Shown here piece after piece: positions 23,849 to 36,725 of a DNA stretch of 64,000 bases. The stretch lies in assembly GCA_000182565.2 (NCBI GenBank), contig KQ257461.1, one strand, 5' to 3'. Under the pieces are notes generated by a model, which was given only the letters and a program-made list of their open reading frames with translations, was not told where the DNA came from and did not search any database. Position 1 is the stretch's first letter; each line of letters begins with the position of its first letter. Made by a program: the position numbers and the translations under genes. This DNA is from Spizellomyces punctatus DAOM BR117. Taxonomy: Eukaryota.

Positions 23849-26800
23849 ATGGCATCGTCCTTCCCACAACCGCATCCCCTCCCTTCACATTCTGGTTCAT
23901 ATGCAGGTACAGATATCGATGACCTCGCTTTACTCTCAGCGACAAGCTCCGACGCTATTGTCTCCCACCTGAGTGCAAGAGCATCCCGCGGGCAAAACTA
24001 TACAGCATGCGGGTCGGATTGTCTTGTAGCGGTATCGAGCTCAGGCTCTCAGGAAAGGGTGCCGGACGAGCAAGTGGAGAACTTTGCTGCAACGTTCAAG
24101 AGTTTGCGGGGTAATTCAATACAAACCGGCGATCACAATTTACCCGCACATGTGTGGCGGCTGGCGGCGAATGCGTATGAAGGTGTGGTAAAAGCAGGAG
24201 AAGATCAGTCAGTGGTTTTCAGGTATGGATAGGCGGCGCGATCTTCATTTTCATTGGTTTGCTTTCTATTTGCTGAACCCGGCGTTGGATGGCACTTAGC
24301 GGAGAGTCCGGAGGCGGAAAGTCCGAGTGTCGCAAATTGTTTCTTCGTCAACTAGTAGCACTAGGCAAGACACCTAAGAAAAAGTCCCGTGTCTTGTCCG
24401 GAGCCGTTAAAATGGAAACGGTGCTGGAGGCGTTTGGACATGCTCGACTCCCCCACAGTCCGAATGCGTCCCGATTTGGTCGCTATACAGAGTATCAGTA
24501 TGATTCGGCAGGAAAGATGATTGGTGTCAAGCTTTTAGAGTTTCTTCTTGACCGTCGACGAGTGGCATTGGGGGCAGACGCTTTTGAAGGCGAACGCAAT
24601 TTTAACATCTTTTACCAAATGCTGGCTGGATCATCGTCCGAAGATAAGGATAGATTAGGACTTTCTTCCGACCCCAGTAGCTACCACTATTTGGGTGGTA
24701 TGGGTCCCACGTCCCGATCGACGCTAGGTCGGTCAGGGACGCTCTCTCGCAAAACGACTCTCCCACGTAAAGGCACATTAACTCGCGCACTTTCCCTTCG
24801 ACGTAATGGTACCATCGGCCGAGGAGGCTCCAACAACACATCGCACCCTATTCACAACCTCACCTCAGACGATACAGAGAAATACGAATACCTTGGCGAG
24901 ACTCTAAAGAGTCTTGGCGTTGGCCGTCGCGCTCAGGCACAGCTGACGGATATCCTTGCCGCTATTCTCCATCTGGGAAATGTCACATTTCAAGACGATC
25001 CTGATCACCCGAACGAAGCCTGTACAGTCAAAAACACGACTGCTCTCGATCTGGCCGCGGACTTGCTTGGAGTGTCCCCAACCCACTTGGAAACCACATT
25101 GACTTACAAGTCGAAACTTGTCAAGCGAGAACTGTGCTCTGTCATGTTAAACTCGGAGGGTGCAGAGCAGCAAAGAGACACACTAGCGAGAGCATTGTAT
25201 TCTGGCTTGTTTGCTTGGGTAGTAGAGCACCTCAACCGACGTTTATGTAAAGAGGAAGGCTCTGTAGCATCATTTATATCGGTCCTTGATTTTCCTGGTC
25301 AGGCGCGACCAGACGAGCCTTTAATGGCTAACTTTGACGATTTTTTAAGCAATTACGCGAATGAACGTCTGCTACGTCATGTTCAAAAACTTCAGTTTGG
25401 AACATTGTACGCTGAACTAGCGTCGGACGGTGTTAACCTTTCCAAAATTGCAGAGTCCTTTCCCGATAATGGACCGATTCTCAGAATGTTGACCGGTGGA
25501 AAGACGGGCACCTTGGATGGAATTTTACCGGTTTTGGAGGAGGAGTCACAACGAGCTACAGATGATGCGCAGGCTGGGCAGAGGTTTGGAAATACCTTGA
25601 ACACTCACCTTGCCGCAAATACCCGCTTCGTTCCTGGAAGTCGGTGTCCACCTGCCCTGCTGCCTCCTACCTCGACGGGTGGGCCGCCGGATGACTTGTC
25701 GTCGCTGTTTGGCATACGCCATTACTTTGGCGATGTCACGTATGATGCAACGCAGTTTGTCGAGAGAAACACTGAAATACTCGACGCGGATTTCGTCACC
25801 CTGTTTCGTGGAATCACGACAGAAGACAATGTCGTTATCCAAGCGCCGTCCAAGAATGCCTTTGCCGCACACTTGTTCTCATCAAAGGTCGGGGTTGCAA
25901 CTCAAAGTACACCAAAGCATCCCGCAACCATCGTGAGTGCTCGACGAGCGGACCGACCATTACGCCGACCCAGCACGAAGCGGAGGCGGAACGCGAGTCC
26001 AAAGGATGAAGTCCCTGAAGATTCAGAAAAGCTCGGCACTGTTTCTGGGACCTTTGTAGAGTCTTTGGAGGAAGTCCTTGACGCCATAAAAGGGACAAAA
26101 GCGTGGACAGTTTATTGTATCCGGGGCAACGACGGGAACAAAGAGTTTGACGGTGGCGTTGATATGGCCACTGTTCGAAGGCAGGTCAATGCACTCGGAA
26201 TACAGGCGTTGGCGGAACTCCGGTCAGTGATCGACGTCTCGGTGAAGGGAATGGAGTACGATGCCTTTGTGGGACGTTATGCACCTGTCATCGGATCGCT
26301 CTCTCGTGGTCGCGATCCAAAGTCCATTGTGAACGAATTTTTGAAGACGACAGGGTGCAACCAGCGAGAGGTGGCCAAAGGCAATAGTAAAGTGTTCTTG
26401 AGCGATGCTAAATGGAAGTGGTTAGATCTCATTTTGGATGAGAGAGAGCAGGAGGTACCGTTGGCTGCAACCGCGGCCGCTGCTGTGGGCGGGTATGGTC
26501 AGACGCAAGCGCCACCTTCTATCTCGCATCCTTCCTCGTCCTCGAGCAGTAAACGCGGCTCAGTGGGCTCGTCCAGCAGCACTGTGGGCTTCGCAGCATC
26601 TGGTTATGGGCCAGCCCGACAGGGCCGACCCAGAGTTGATACACAAATGACGGGCAGGGAGAGACCCATATCCGCATATAGCGAGGATGATGGCTATAGC
26701 GATTCTGATTCCGTCTACGGGTCAGAGTTCAGTTACGGTGCCGAATCCGCATATGAGAAGCGGCGATCCAAAGCCTATATGGAACTGGAAATGGGCAAAA

Positions 26801-29800
26801 TATCTGGGACTTCGCCACTACCCCCAAAGCACGCACAGAGCTCCCCGAAACCGAAACGCAAATCAACGGCTACGCGGCGAAACTGGGTGTGCATTACTTG
26901 GTGCCTCACCTGGTGGATCCCATCCCCATTTTTGCGTTGGTGCGGAGGAATGCAGCGCCCCGATGTTCGCATGGCGTGGCGTGAGAAAGTGGCACTCTGC
27001 ATCCTCATTATGGCCATGTCTCTCGCCTTGTTGTTTTTCATCATAGGCCTCAGTTGGATTGTTTGTCCACCACAGAGAATCCGCACGCCAGACGAAATTG
27101 CGTCGATGTCATCGAACAAATCCCCATACGTCTCCGCATATGGCAGATACTACGATGTGAAAGATCTCATGAGTTCCCATCTGAACTCTTTTGGAACTGG
27201 TCCAGCTGCTATCCACGATTATGATCTTGAGCCCCTTTATGGTAACGACGTGTCTAATTTGTTCTTTAGGACGGATCAATGGGACCAGTATTGTGAAGGA
27301 TTCACAAAGCCACAGGCTGGGTGGGATAATATTGATCCAACTCCTGCCAATCAGGCACCGTGGAGCACGCGACCCAGAGACATGAGGCTATGGCATCGGG
27401 CTACTGATCCGGACGGAGGAGTGCGGCAGTACGTTGAGTATATGAATAAGTATGCTCAAGGTCGGGTTGGGTGGAGTATGGAGAGATTGAACAGTTTACG
27501 GAGTAATACCAAGGTAATCATTAGTTGAACGATGTTGATCATCATCTGTAGTACTCGCTAACACGATGCCAGATTTATGTCAGGATCTACTCGAACGTTT
27601 ACTACCTGACCACGTACTTCAACATCGCACAGCGCCCTTTCTCTCCGACAGCTACTGGCATTCTCGACCAGGCGCCCAATACGCTTGATCTCACATCCAC
27701 CTGGAACAACTACCGTAACCAGGATCGCACGGAAGCTGACCGCACACTCCGCTGTCTTAATGCCATGTTCTACATCGGTACCGTTGATACGCGTAATACC
27801 GCCGCATGCCGCTTCACGAATTGGGTGCTCGTTGCAGCATCTATTATTCTCGTTGCCGTGATTGGATTCAAGTTTGTGGCCGCCCTGCAGTTTAGGAGTA
27901 AGAAGGACCCTGAAGAATGCGACAAGTTTGTCATGTGCCTCGTGACTGCATATACAGAAGGAGAAGACGAGTTGCGCAAAACGATTGAAAGTATTGCAGT
28001 AAATAAGTATGATGATCGGCGAAAGTTACTCTTTGTTGTGGCCGATGGGATGATTGTTGGAAGTGGAAATGATCGCCCAACCCCACGGATAGTTCTTGAT
28101 ATCCTTGGCGTTGATCCCGCCGTCGATCCGGAACCGTTGGCGTTCAGATCCCTGGGTGCCGGTACATTGCAATATAACCTGGCCAAGGTTTATTCTGGTC
28201 TCTACGAAATCCGCGGGCATCGGGTGCCGTTCATTGTTGTAACAAAAGTTGGGGCACCACATGAGCGCGTCAAACCTGGCAATCGAGGCAAACGCGACAG
28301 TCAGCTGATTTTGATGAGATGGTTGAGTCGAGTTCATTACGGTGCCGAGATGACGCCTTTGGAGTTGGAGCTTTGGTTTCACGTTGAAAGGATTATCGGT
28401 ATTCGACCAGAGTTTTATGAGTATATTCTCATGGTTGACGCGGACACTTGTGTGGATGATCGAGCGATTAACGGGTTGATTAGCTTTATGGTAGACGATG
28501 CCAAGGTATTGTGAAGCATTCGTGATATTTATCGTGGATAATCAATTTAACTTAAAATGTCTGTCATTAGGTGATGGGTCTTTGCGGTGAAACCAGATTG
28601 TCAAATGAAAAAACAAGCTGGGTCACAATGATACAAGTTTACGAATACTTCATTTCCCATCACCTTTCGAAAGCCTTTGAATCGCTCTTTGGCACTGTCA
28701 CATGTCTACCTGGATGCTTTTGCATGTATCGAATCCGGACACCGCCCAGTCCTTCTAATCCATCCACTCCGCTCCTCGTCTCGGAAGGTGTGCTGCACGA
28801 GTACAGCGAAAATAATGTCGATACGCTTCATATGAAAAATTTGTTGTCCCTGGGAGAAGACCGGTACCTCACTACCGTAATGCTCAAAAATTTCCCTGGC
28901 ATGCGTACCAGTTTCACTCCTTCTGCCAAATGTACTACAACAGCCCCAGACCGATGGTCGGTTCTCCTCTCGCAGCGCCGTCGATGGATCAACTCGACAG
29001 TTCACAACCTTCTCGAACTTACGACCCTGAAAGACCTTTGTGGTTTCTGTTGCTTTAGTATGCGCTTTGTGGTGGTTGTTGACCTTGTTGCAACATTTGT
29101 CCAACCGGCGGCCGTGATATATATTGGATACTTGATCTTTTTGTTGGCGACTGGTGGATTCAGTCGAACGGGAGGAAATGGGATGGTGTTCCCGGTTCTG
29201 AGTGTGGTCCTGATAGCGGCGATTTACGGATTCCAAGTGATTATTTTTGTCTTGAGGAGGCAGTGGCAGCATATTGCCTGGATGATCATTGTGCGTATTT
29301 TTATTACTTTCCGTCACTATCTCGTCTCCGTACTGACCATTTTTTCGTTTGCACAGTATCTTTTGTCTCTGCCCGTTTTCTCCTTTTTCATTCCATTATA
29401 CTCCTTCTGGCATTTCGATGATTTCTCATGGGGTAATACTCGAGTCGTAATGGGAGACGGGCGTAATGGTAAAAAGACGAAGAAAATGGTCGAAGTTGAA
29501 ACTGGCAAATTCGATGAACGTCTCGTTCCGTTGGCAAAATGGGATGACGCACGAATGGGTAAGCGACACAGCTGGTGGGATAGCGGCGAGCACCTCCAGA
29601 GTCGTAATGGCAGCCGGGAGAGTTTTTACGCTACGTCCGTGAATGGTGGCTATCCAGTCTCTGGATATGGTGCGTATCCACCCTCCAACTATGCTCCGTC
29701 CTATCATGCTCCCTCCAACTACGCACCGAGTCAGTACGGCGGACCAGAGGTGGCGGACCCGCATGATCACACATACGTGGCCGCCTCACCAGCGCCACCT

Positions 29801-30037
29801 CGCTCTTCCTTCTCGTCGGCACAGGGCCCGCGTCTTTCCTTCTCCTCATCGCGTCCATCCTCTGAATCACTTCTAAGTGAAATCCGTCGCATTCTCTCCA
29901 CAGCGGATTTGATGACAGTCACCAAGAAACAGGTCCGAGATGAGCTATCAAATCGATTTGGAATCGATCTGAGGACGCGAAAGGAAGAAATCAATGGGTT
30001 GGTGGATGAGGTTTTGCAAGAGATGAGCGGGATGTGA
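23849..30037 (+). CDS. Myosin-motor chitin synthase (class V type): myosin-like domain, cytochrome b5-like region, GT2 catalytic core, DEK_C
   Basis: P-loop [59 protein letters not shown] and [10 protein letters not shown]-terminal [26 protein letters not shown]. Confidence 0.95.
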
Positions 30038-30488
30038 TGCAACTGGTTCTATGTGACCTGGATCCAAGTTGCTGTTTTCTTTTTTTTTTTTTGCATTTTC
30101 GCATCGCTTTTTTGGATATAGTTTTTCCATGTAGGTATCGTGGGACAGTAGTGCTTCTAATGGCGTAGTGTAGCTAGTGGCATGTATACTGTAGCGATTT
30201 TGGATTCATTTTTTATTTAGTGGATGCAGGAGATGGTAGACGATGGGTCATTGCTGTGTTGGTTGGACAGACGTCTTCTCACATGTAGTTAGTGCATAAT
30301 GTTTTACTCTTTTTTTTTTCTTTTAATCTGAACATTACTATCTTTATTTTGAACGGAATGATGCAACTTGAACAAAATGTTTATTGATTGAGTAATTGTA
30401 AAATGAGGGCGGCCTTCTTCCTTTTGACTGCCGTCAGGGTATATACAGCAGATTAACCGCCAATGTTGTCCAGAACACATTCGGCTTT

Positions 30489-32651
30489 TTACAACCTCAA
30501 TCCAGACGGATATCCTTCATCACCTTCTTTCAATTCCTGCAATATGTTGACAGGAATCATGCCCGTTCCGCCCTTGGTCAAATTCCTAACCATGGCCCAA
30601 CCATCCGCAAATAACCTCCTCTCCTCAACCACATCTCCGACATCGGCATCAATTTCGTCCGGCTGAGATGGGGTAGCCTGCCAGAGAACTTTATAGACTT
30701 TACCTTGCGGGAGAGCAGTGGGGGCTGCAGCAGCGAGTGGTGAGTGGACACGACGACGAGAATCACTCCGATGAGGAGTTTGAGGGGCCGATGATGTGAA
30801 TGTGCTTGGCAGAGCTGTTGCAATCGGGGTGGGAGACGGAGTATTAGGCGTGGAAAGCGGGACCGGGGCGGGGTGAGTCGTCATGGCAGTACTGGGAGGT
30901 GTGATATCTCTGTTAGCCTCATCCATGTTCTGGCTCCTTTGAATAGACTCTGTTTGCCGAGCGGGTTTTCCTGCCTCTAGGTCCTGGTACCGATGGTGTC
31001 GCATGATACGTCTTCCTTCCTTCATTGCTAAACTAAACGCTGCGAGGAGACCAAACGCTGCTAATAGGGCGATGCCTCCAGCCAAAAGACCAGCTAAAGC
31101 TCCTTGAGACACGCAGTACCGCCCGCATCCATTCGTGTCAGCCAACACGGCATTTGTCGCTCCGGTTTCTTGCCCAACGACACTACCAGATGCCGTGGGA
31201 GAGAGGAACGAAAGCTGGTCGCTTGAGGGTACCCAGCTGGAGGCTTTGGTATCGCGAAAGTAAAACGTCTTGTCGTTGGCTACCCATTCCTGAAGATTGG
31301 GGTCTACGCCGGTTTGACCTCCGAACACAGCAAAGTAGGGAGAAAGCGCGGCGGATTGGGCAAACACCCTAGTAGTGGGTGTCCCCGCAAATTGCTGGCG
31401 ACGATGGAGACGACGAGACGAGGTAGCAGAGGACTGGGAAACTTGGAACGTCGTGTTATCAATGTTCCAGACATCTGTGGATGATTCAAAGGATGTGAGT
31501 ACATGCGATCATCAAAAACAACCAACTTGAAAAAATAACTCACCACTCTGAAGCTGGTTCTGCTTGTCCAATCCGCCATACAACACTACAGTTCCAGAAA
31601 CCAAACCACAAACCCTGCCAGTTCTATCCAACGGAACACCTGATAATTGCTGGGAAATATCGGTCCAGGTTTGATCTTCCTTGCTGAATACCCACGCTTC
31701 GGCCAACGGTCCATTGTTCCCTGTGCCCCCTACTACGAGGAAAGCTGTGTCGTTCAATGCCGTCGTACATTGCCAGGCGCGAGGTGTCGGACCGCTGGAG
31801 GTCTGAATTTGTTGGGTGTTGAGGTAGGGGAACTTGACAGCCCAGAGGTCGTTAAGAAGCTTGTTGTTTTTGTCTCGGCCTGTAAAAGTAGCGAACTGTT
31901 AGCCTACCTAATGAAGGTAGTAAGGTAGTATGGGAGAGATAGACAGCCACGAACCTCCGTAAATATACATGGTGTCGCCAAGGACTACAGAAGTGTGCCC
32001 CCATCGTTCCGGAATGCTTGTCTGCCTAGTGTCTTCCCATTCAAAGGTAGCGGGATTGAAGACCCCAATACCAGACAAAAGGGTACGATCTGCCCCTGCG
32101 GGAGAAATCGTCCGACCACCTAATATGGCCGCATTAAGGATCCATATTTGCACAGCACGTAGAAGTAGCTGAACAAAACATACCAAAACAGTAAATCTTG
32201 TTTCCTTTAGAATCGAATTCGCAGGTCTGAGCGGTGCTGTTCAAACGATTTACACCATCCCTTCCCGGACCAACCGCAACATCTTGGACGCTCTTGTCGC
32301 TTAGATCAAAGACTGTAATGGAGGACACCAGCGCTTGTTGTGCTTCATCAAAAGCTGCGTCTAAGAAAGTAATAGAGAAGAAAGGAAATTCATCCATTGT
32401 CAACCATGATCAACAGTGCGTACATGCGCTTCTGAACACAGACCTGACGCCGCTGAGCTCGTCCAAGTGCGAGCCGTCCCACCTATCAACAGCCATTTGT
32501 CGCTTGTCACGACACTGGCAGCACTGGTACGACTGTATTTAGCCTGAGGCAGGCTGGAATCCCCACTGCCGCTTCCTTGGCTGCCCTGGCTCTGGGCATA
32601 GGCGGTCCCCAACAACAACGAGGAAAGCACCACGTTCAAAAGACGTGCCAT
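30489..32651 (-). CDS. Type I membrane protein: signal peptide, kelch propeller, single TM helix, C-terminal SH3
   Basis: Signal MARLLNVVLSSLLLGTAYAQ; kelch blades RWGHTSVVLGDTMYIYGG, FLVVGG, VVLYGG, FAVFGG; TM ALAGLLAGGIALLAAFGLLAAFSLAM; SH3 QPDEIDADVGDVV..ADGWAMVRN..GMIPVNIL. Confidence 0.82.
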
Positions 32652-33887
32652 TTGAAATCTTTGTAAAATCCGGTAAACAAACCGAGACAAGCCTTCTCAA
32701 CCCCGTCCAAGGATAGAAAAAATACAAAGAGGGTACAAGAAAGTCGAGAAAGATTTTACTGTCAACCGTATTTATTATCACTTCCCCCCTATAATACACG
32801 TTTCCGAGGACTTTTTACCCAGTCGATCTTCAATCGCGCTCTCATGACCATGACACCATTACTTCCAGGCTTTCTTTTCCTTACACGCAACGCTCACCAA
32901 CTAGCCCGTCGCGTGCCGCGCTGCGCTCATTCGTCGTCATTGTTGACTGCAAAAGCCACGGGCGTGAGGGGTCATCTACTCAAGCGCGCTAGGGAGATTT
33001 TTGGATAGAGTCGGGCCATCTTGTTAGTGATTTCTAATTATTGTGAGGTCGATTCCGGCCGGTGTTTCGGCCCTGGCAAAAAGGAATTGGTGGGCTCAAG
33101 AGCAAGGGGAATGAGGAGAAAATGTACATTCATCACTAGATGGTAAAAACCTCTACACAAAGCGACAGTGAGTTATCCGTGCAGCACGGAAGTAAGGTAG
33201 AAGTCGGAGTTGATTACGCAATCATTTTGATGTCCAGATGGCCATAGAGCGTTTTCCTGCTGGGGCGAACCACAATGATAACCCACTGGACGTAAGATAT
33301 CCATACTCACTGCTTTTCAGCTAGGATTACAATATGCATGCAAAGCAATCATTTGAGACCCCATCAAGGTAGCTCCTCTAACCTGTCTGTTCATATTGCG
33401 GCATCATCCTCGCGTCCGAACATGGATGGGTGGTCTCTTCCATCGTCTCACATGTTAACAATTACACTTCTCGTTCCCTGGACAGTCCTTGATTGGTATA
33501 TAGATCCAAGGGTGGATCACAGAACTGGAGATGCGCAGGAGATGCGCAGGAGGAAGGTCAAGACTTTCCGCAATGTGGTTGGTAAAAACAGTGAATGGAC
33601 AGCTCTCACACAACCTGCATACTTCACAAGATGGAAATACATCATGAAGTAACAGCCAATAAAAGAACTTCTGTCTGCTCAATGAGCCTCTAAACCAGGT
33701 CACTGGGTGTGGCTACGAGGCGGTTGGGTGCTCGCGCCTGAGGGTGAACCCGCACTGCGACGGTCGCGGGCGGGCCAAAAGCAGGTGCTTCGGCTGTGCA
33801 AACGTCCAGACATCCAACAACAAAAGATTCTTTTCATATATTAAGGCCCAACGTGTTCCGGGATGCTTCCTTCCCTCTGCACGTTCA

Positions 33888-36414
33888 ATGGATTCTGATC
33901 TCCTTGCTACGACGGAAGCTGCACCGGTAAATGTCCTTTCATCAGTTTATTTTATTGAAACTAGACTTATAATCAATTAGGACCCATTTTCCTTAATTGA
34001 AGTTGTAACAGCAACCAGGCCAGTCGCGGTGACATTAGAAGCCATTCCAACGAGTTTGGTACGTTGAACTTGCTACTAGCGACACCAGGACAAATCCTCA
34101 CTCTGTATTTGGAATACTGCAGTTATTCACCGCAACCACAAATTGGGATTTTTCTTCCAGTTCAGCAAGTACTGACGTGACAACCACGGCACCGCCCGTC
34201 AGCTCATCACTTGGAGCTTCAATCACACTTTTCGAGAATAGTTCGGTATTAGCAACCGAAGGTGGGCCCTCATCAAGCCCCACTCTTGAGAGTTCCTCAT
34301 CCAGCACCTACTATTGGAGTTTCCCAAACAGTGGAGTATCGCCAACTTCAAGCTCGGTATTCACAACCGAAAGTAAGACCTCATCAAGTCCGACGATTAA
34401 GAGCTCCTCATCCAGCACCTACAATTGGAGCTCCCTAGCCACTGAAGTATCACCAACTTCAACTGAATCCGACATCAGTACCGCATCGGTAACTTCGGCC
34501 ATTGACATCACATCGGTCCCTACACCGAAGTCAGCGCCTACCTCAAGCCTACAGGGTATCATGTCTACTATCCAGCCGGCTATTCCACCTACTGCACCTC
34601 CTACATCAGAAACGCCACCCTTGACAACAGAGGACCCGGGAACATCACCGACAAATCCTGAGAACCCATGGAGCCCTGGAGGGACATCTCCGCCCTCGTC
34701 TAGTGGGAATTCGCCAGTTGCATCAGAGGTACCGAGCGGTTCCGGCTGGCCAACATCGACAAATGGAGGGGGCGCCCAAGTACCAGGCCGCAGTGAATCA
34801 GCAGCTTCTGTGCCTATAGTGCTGCAATCATCCCCCACCATATCTGGTGATTTAGTTACTGGAGTGTCACAGCTGTCTCCAAGCGCAGTCATCACGCCAA
34901 CATCCAGTATACCCGCAGCAACCCCTTCGCCAACCTCTTTAAGCGAATGTTACAACCAGTGCTCGCAGAGGTTTGGTATGACACAGAATACGCGTGGACA
35001 ACTGCTATCCTGTCGACTGGCCTGTCAAGCGGCATGGGGTATAAGCTCGACTCGTTGGAATGTGGCGAGCACCTGGTGGTCGACGCAAAGCACCCCTACC
35101 CCACCCACAAATTCATGGCCCAACTCGGGTGAACCAGGTGGTTCGTCTGGGAATGGGGCATCATCGCCAGTTGTCAGCGGCGTTTCGGATCTCGGCGGGT
35201 CCCCCAGTCTGACGTATCCAATTGCGGCCAGCAGTACGGCAGCAGCTGTCGTACCACCACTGCTTCCACCTCAACAGGTCACTGTTGTCCAGCCAGGACC
35301 GACAGTTGTAGATCCCGGACCAACGATTACACCACCACCCACTGATTCGGGTTCCAATCATCTAGGAGCACTCTTGGGAGGTATCATTGGTGGTGCTGTT
35401 GGGGCTGCTGTCCTGACATCCATAGCAGTTGTTACGGGTCTCAAAGCCATGCGCGCACGAAGAGCGGCCGGAGGACATTCCAATTATCCTGGACGTGTTG
35501 AGATGAACGTCCCACTAGCTGCCAATAAATTCGACCCAGGGCGTCCACCCGCTGGACCAGAGGGCAGAAGTTCGGCTACGATGCTACATATCCCACCAGG
35601 GGAAATCAGTTCAAGGCCTAGCACGCCGTCATTGGGTGGTGGCGACAATATAGACCGAGTTCCTTCTAGCGTGCGAATACACCCTCCATCCGACACGGGA
35701 AGCACACACTTGTCCCCGCCTTCGCGCGTGACATCTACAATGGGTGATTCTCATACAGTCGATATTGATTCTGCCAATATAGGCGCCGGCAATGTAGAGG
35801 AAGACTTGCACGAATCGCTTGATTTCCCACCACCCTATGAAGATGTTGCGGGGCATATTCTCGGTCCTGGGCTATTTGCTGCTGGAGCCTCTTCCTCAGG
35901 TCACGAATCAGTATCAGATCGTTCTTCGTCTAGGTATGATCAATCCCTTTCGCCGACTCCTTTGACGAGACTCGAGAGCCGACCAACCGTTTCAACAACA
36001 TCGAGTTCAAAGGCCACTGGTTTGTCTCCCATGTCCAGTATACCCTCACCTTCGTCATCTTCTGTCGGGTCTCCCGCTGCTATACCAAGCTCAAAGGCAT
36101 CCGCTTTTTCCCAGCAATCCGCCGCAGCATCAGCTGCTTCCAGTGCGTCCAATCCTTCAGTATTCATTGCCCAAAACATCCCGACCAAAACTGGCGAATT
36201 TCTCCCAACTTCGGCAGACGAGATCCCACTTCGAAATGGCGATACAGTTACGATTCTTGAATCATTCCAAGATGGGTGGTGTCGTGTCCGAAACTGGTCA
36301 AGAGGCGATGTCATTGGAATGGTGCCAAAGATGTTTTTGGCACCGGCGCCAGTGCCCAGAGGAAAAGGGGGTCAAAGTGGGCTGGGATACGCAGATCCTT
36401 TTATACCCGGTTGA
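33888..36414 (+). CDS. Ser/Thr/Pro-rich (mucin-like) single-pass membrane protein with C-terminal SH3
   Basis: ORF 34177-36414 extends 5' through in-frame introns 33927-33980 and 34059-34122 to an ATG at 33888. TM LGALLGGIIGGAVGAAVLTSIAVVTGL; SH3 SADEIPLRNGDTVTILESFQDGWCRVRN..GMVPKMFL. Confidence 0.8.
34270..34462 (+). repeat. Coding tandem duplication with 111-bp (37-aa) period
   Basis: tcatcaagccccactcttgagagttcctcatccagcacctactattggag at 34270 versus tcatcaagtccgacgattaagagctcctcatccagcacctacaattggag at 34381. Confidence 0.8.
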
Positions 36415-36725
36415 TGAATTCGTTGATCAGAGATATGATATGAAAAGGAAAATCTGTGAGATGAGCGTCCGTTGGGCAGTAAAGTAGCTAGCCAGGTAAA
36501 AAGGGATGTCATGAACAAAGAAACTGTATTGCACGTCTATATAGTCATGGCACAACTGTACATTAAAAACTTTCTACAACAAAGCACAATAGTCACAAAT
36601 CAGCGAAGAACTTGCGGGCGACCGGCATAGGCCCTCATATTCCTCTCTAAATCCTTTGGAAGTAGCTGGCCGTGGGCCAGCCCGCACGCACTTGTTCACA
36701 GATTTCAATCGAGGTAGCAGAGATT

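Noticed and set aside
6061..30037. Apparent stops and frameshifts within Blm10, phytochrome and chitin synthase
   Set aside because: Those examined coincide with short GT-AG introns, so they are not evidence of pseudogenes or recoding.
33338..33703. Short ORFs between the kelch and mucin genes
   Set aside because: No domain signal or splice support; likely intergenic.
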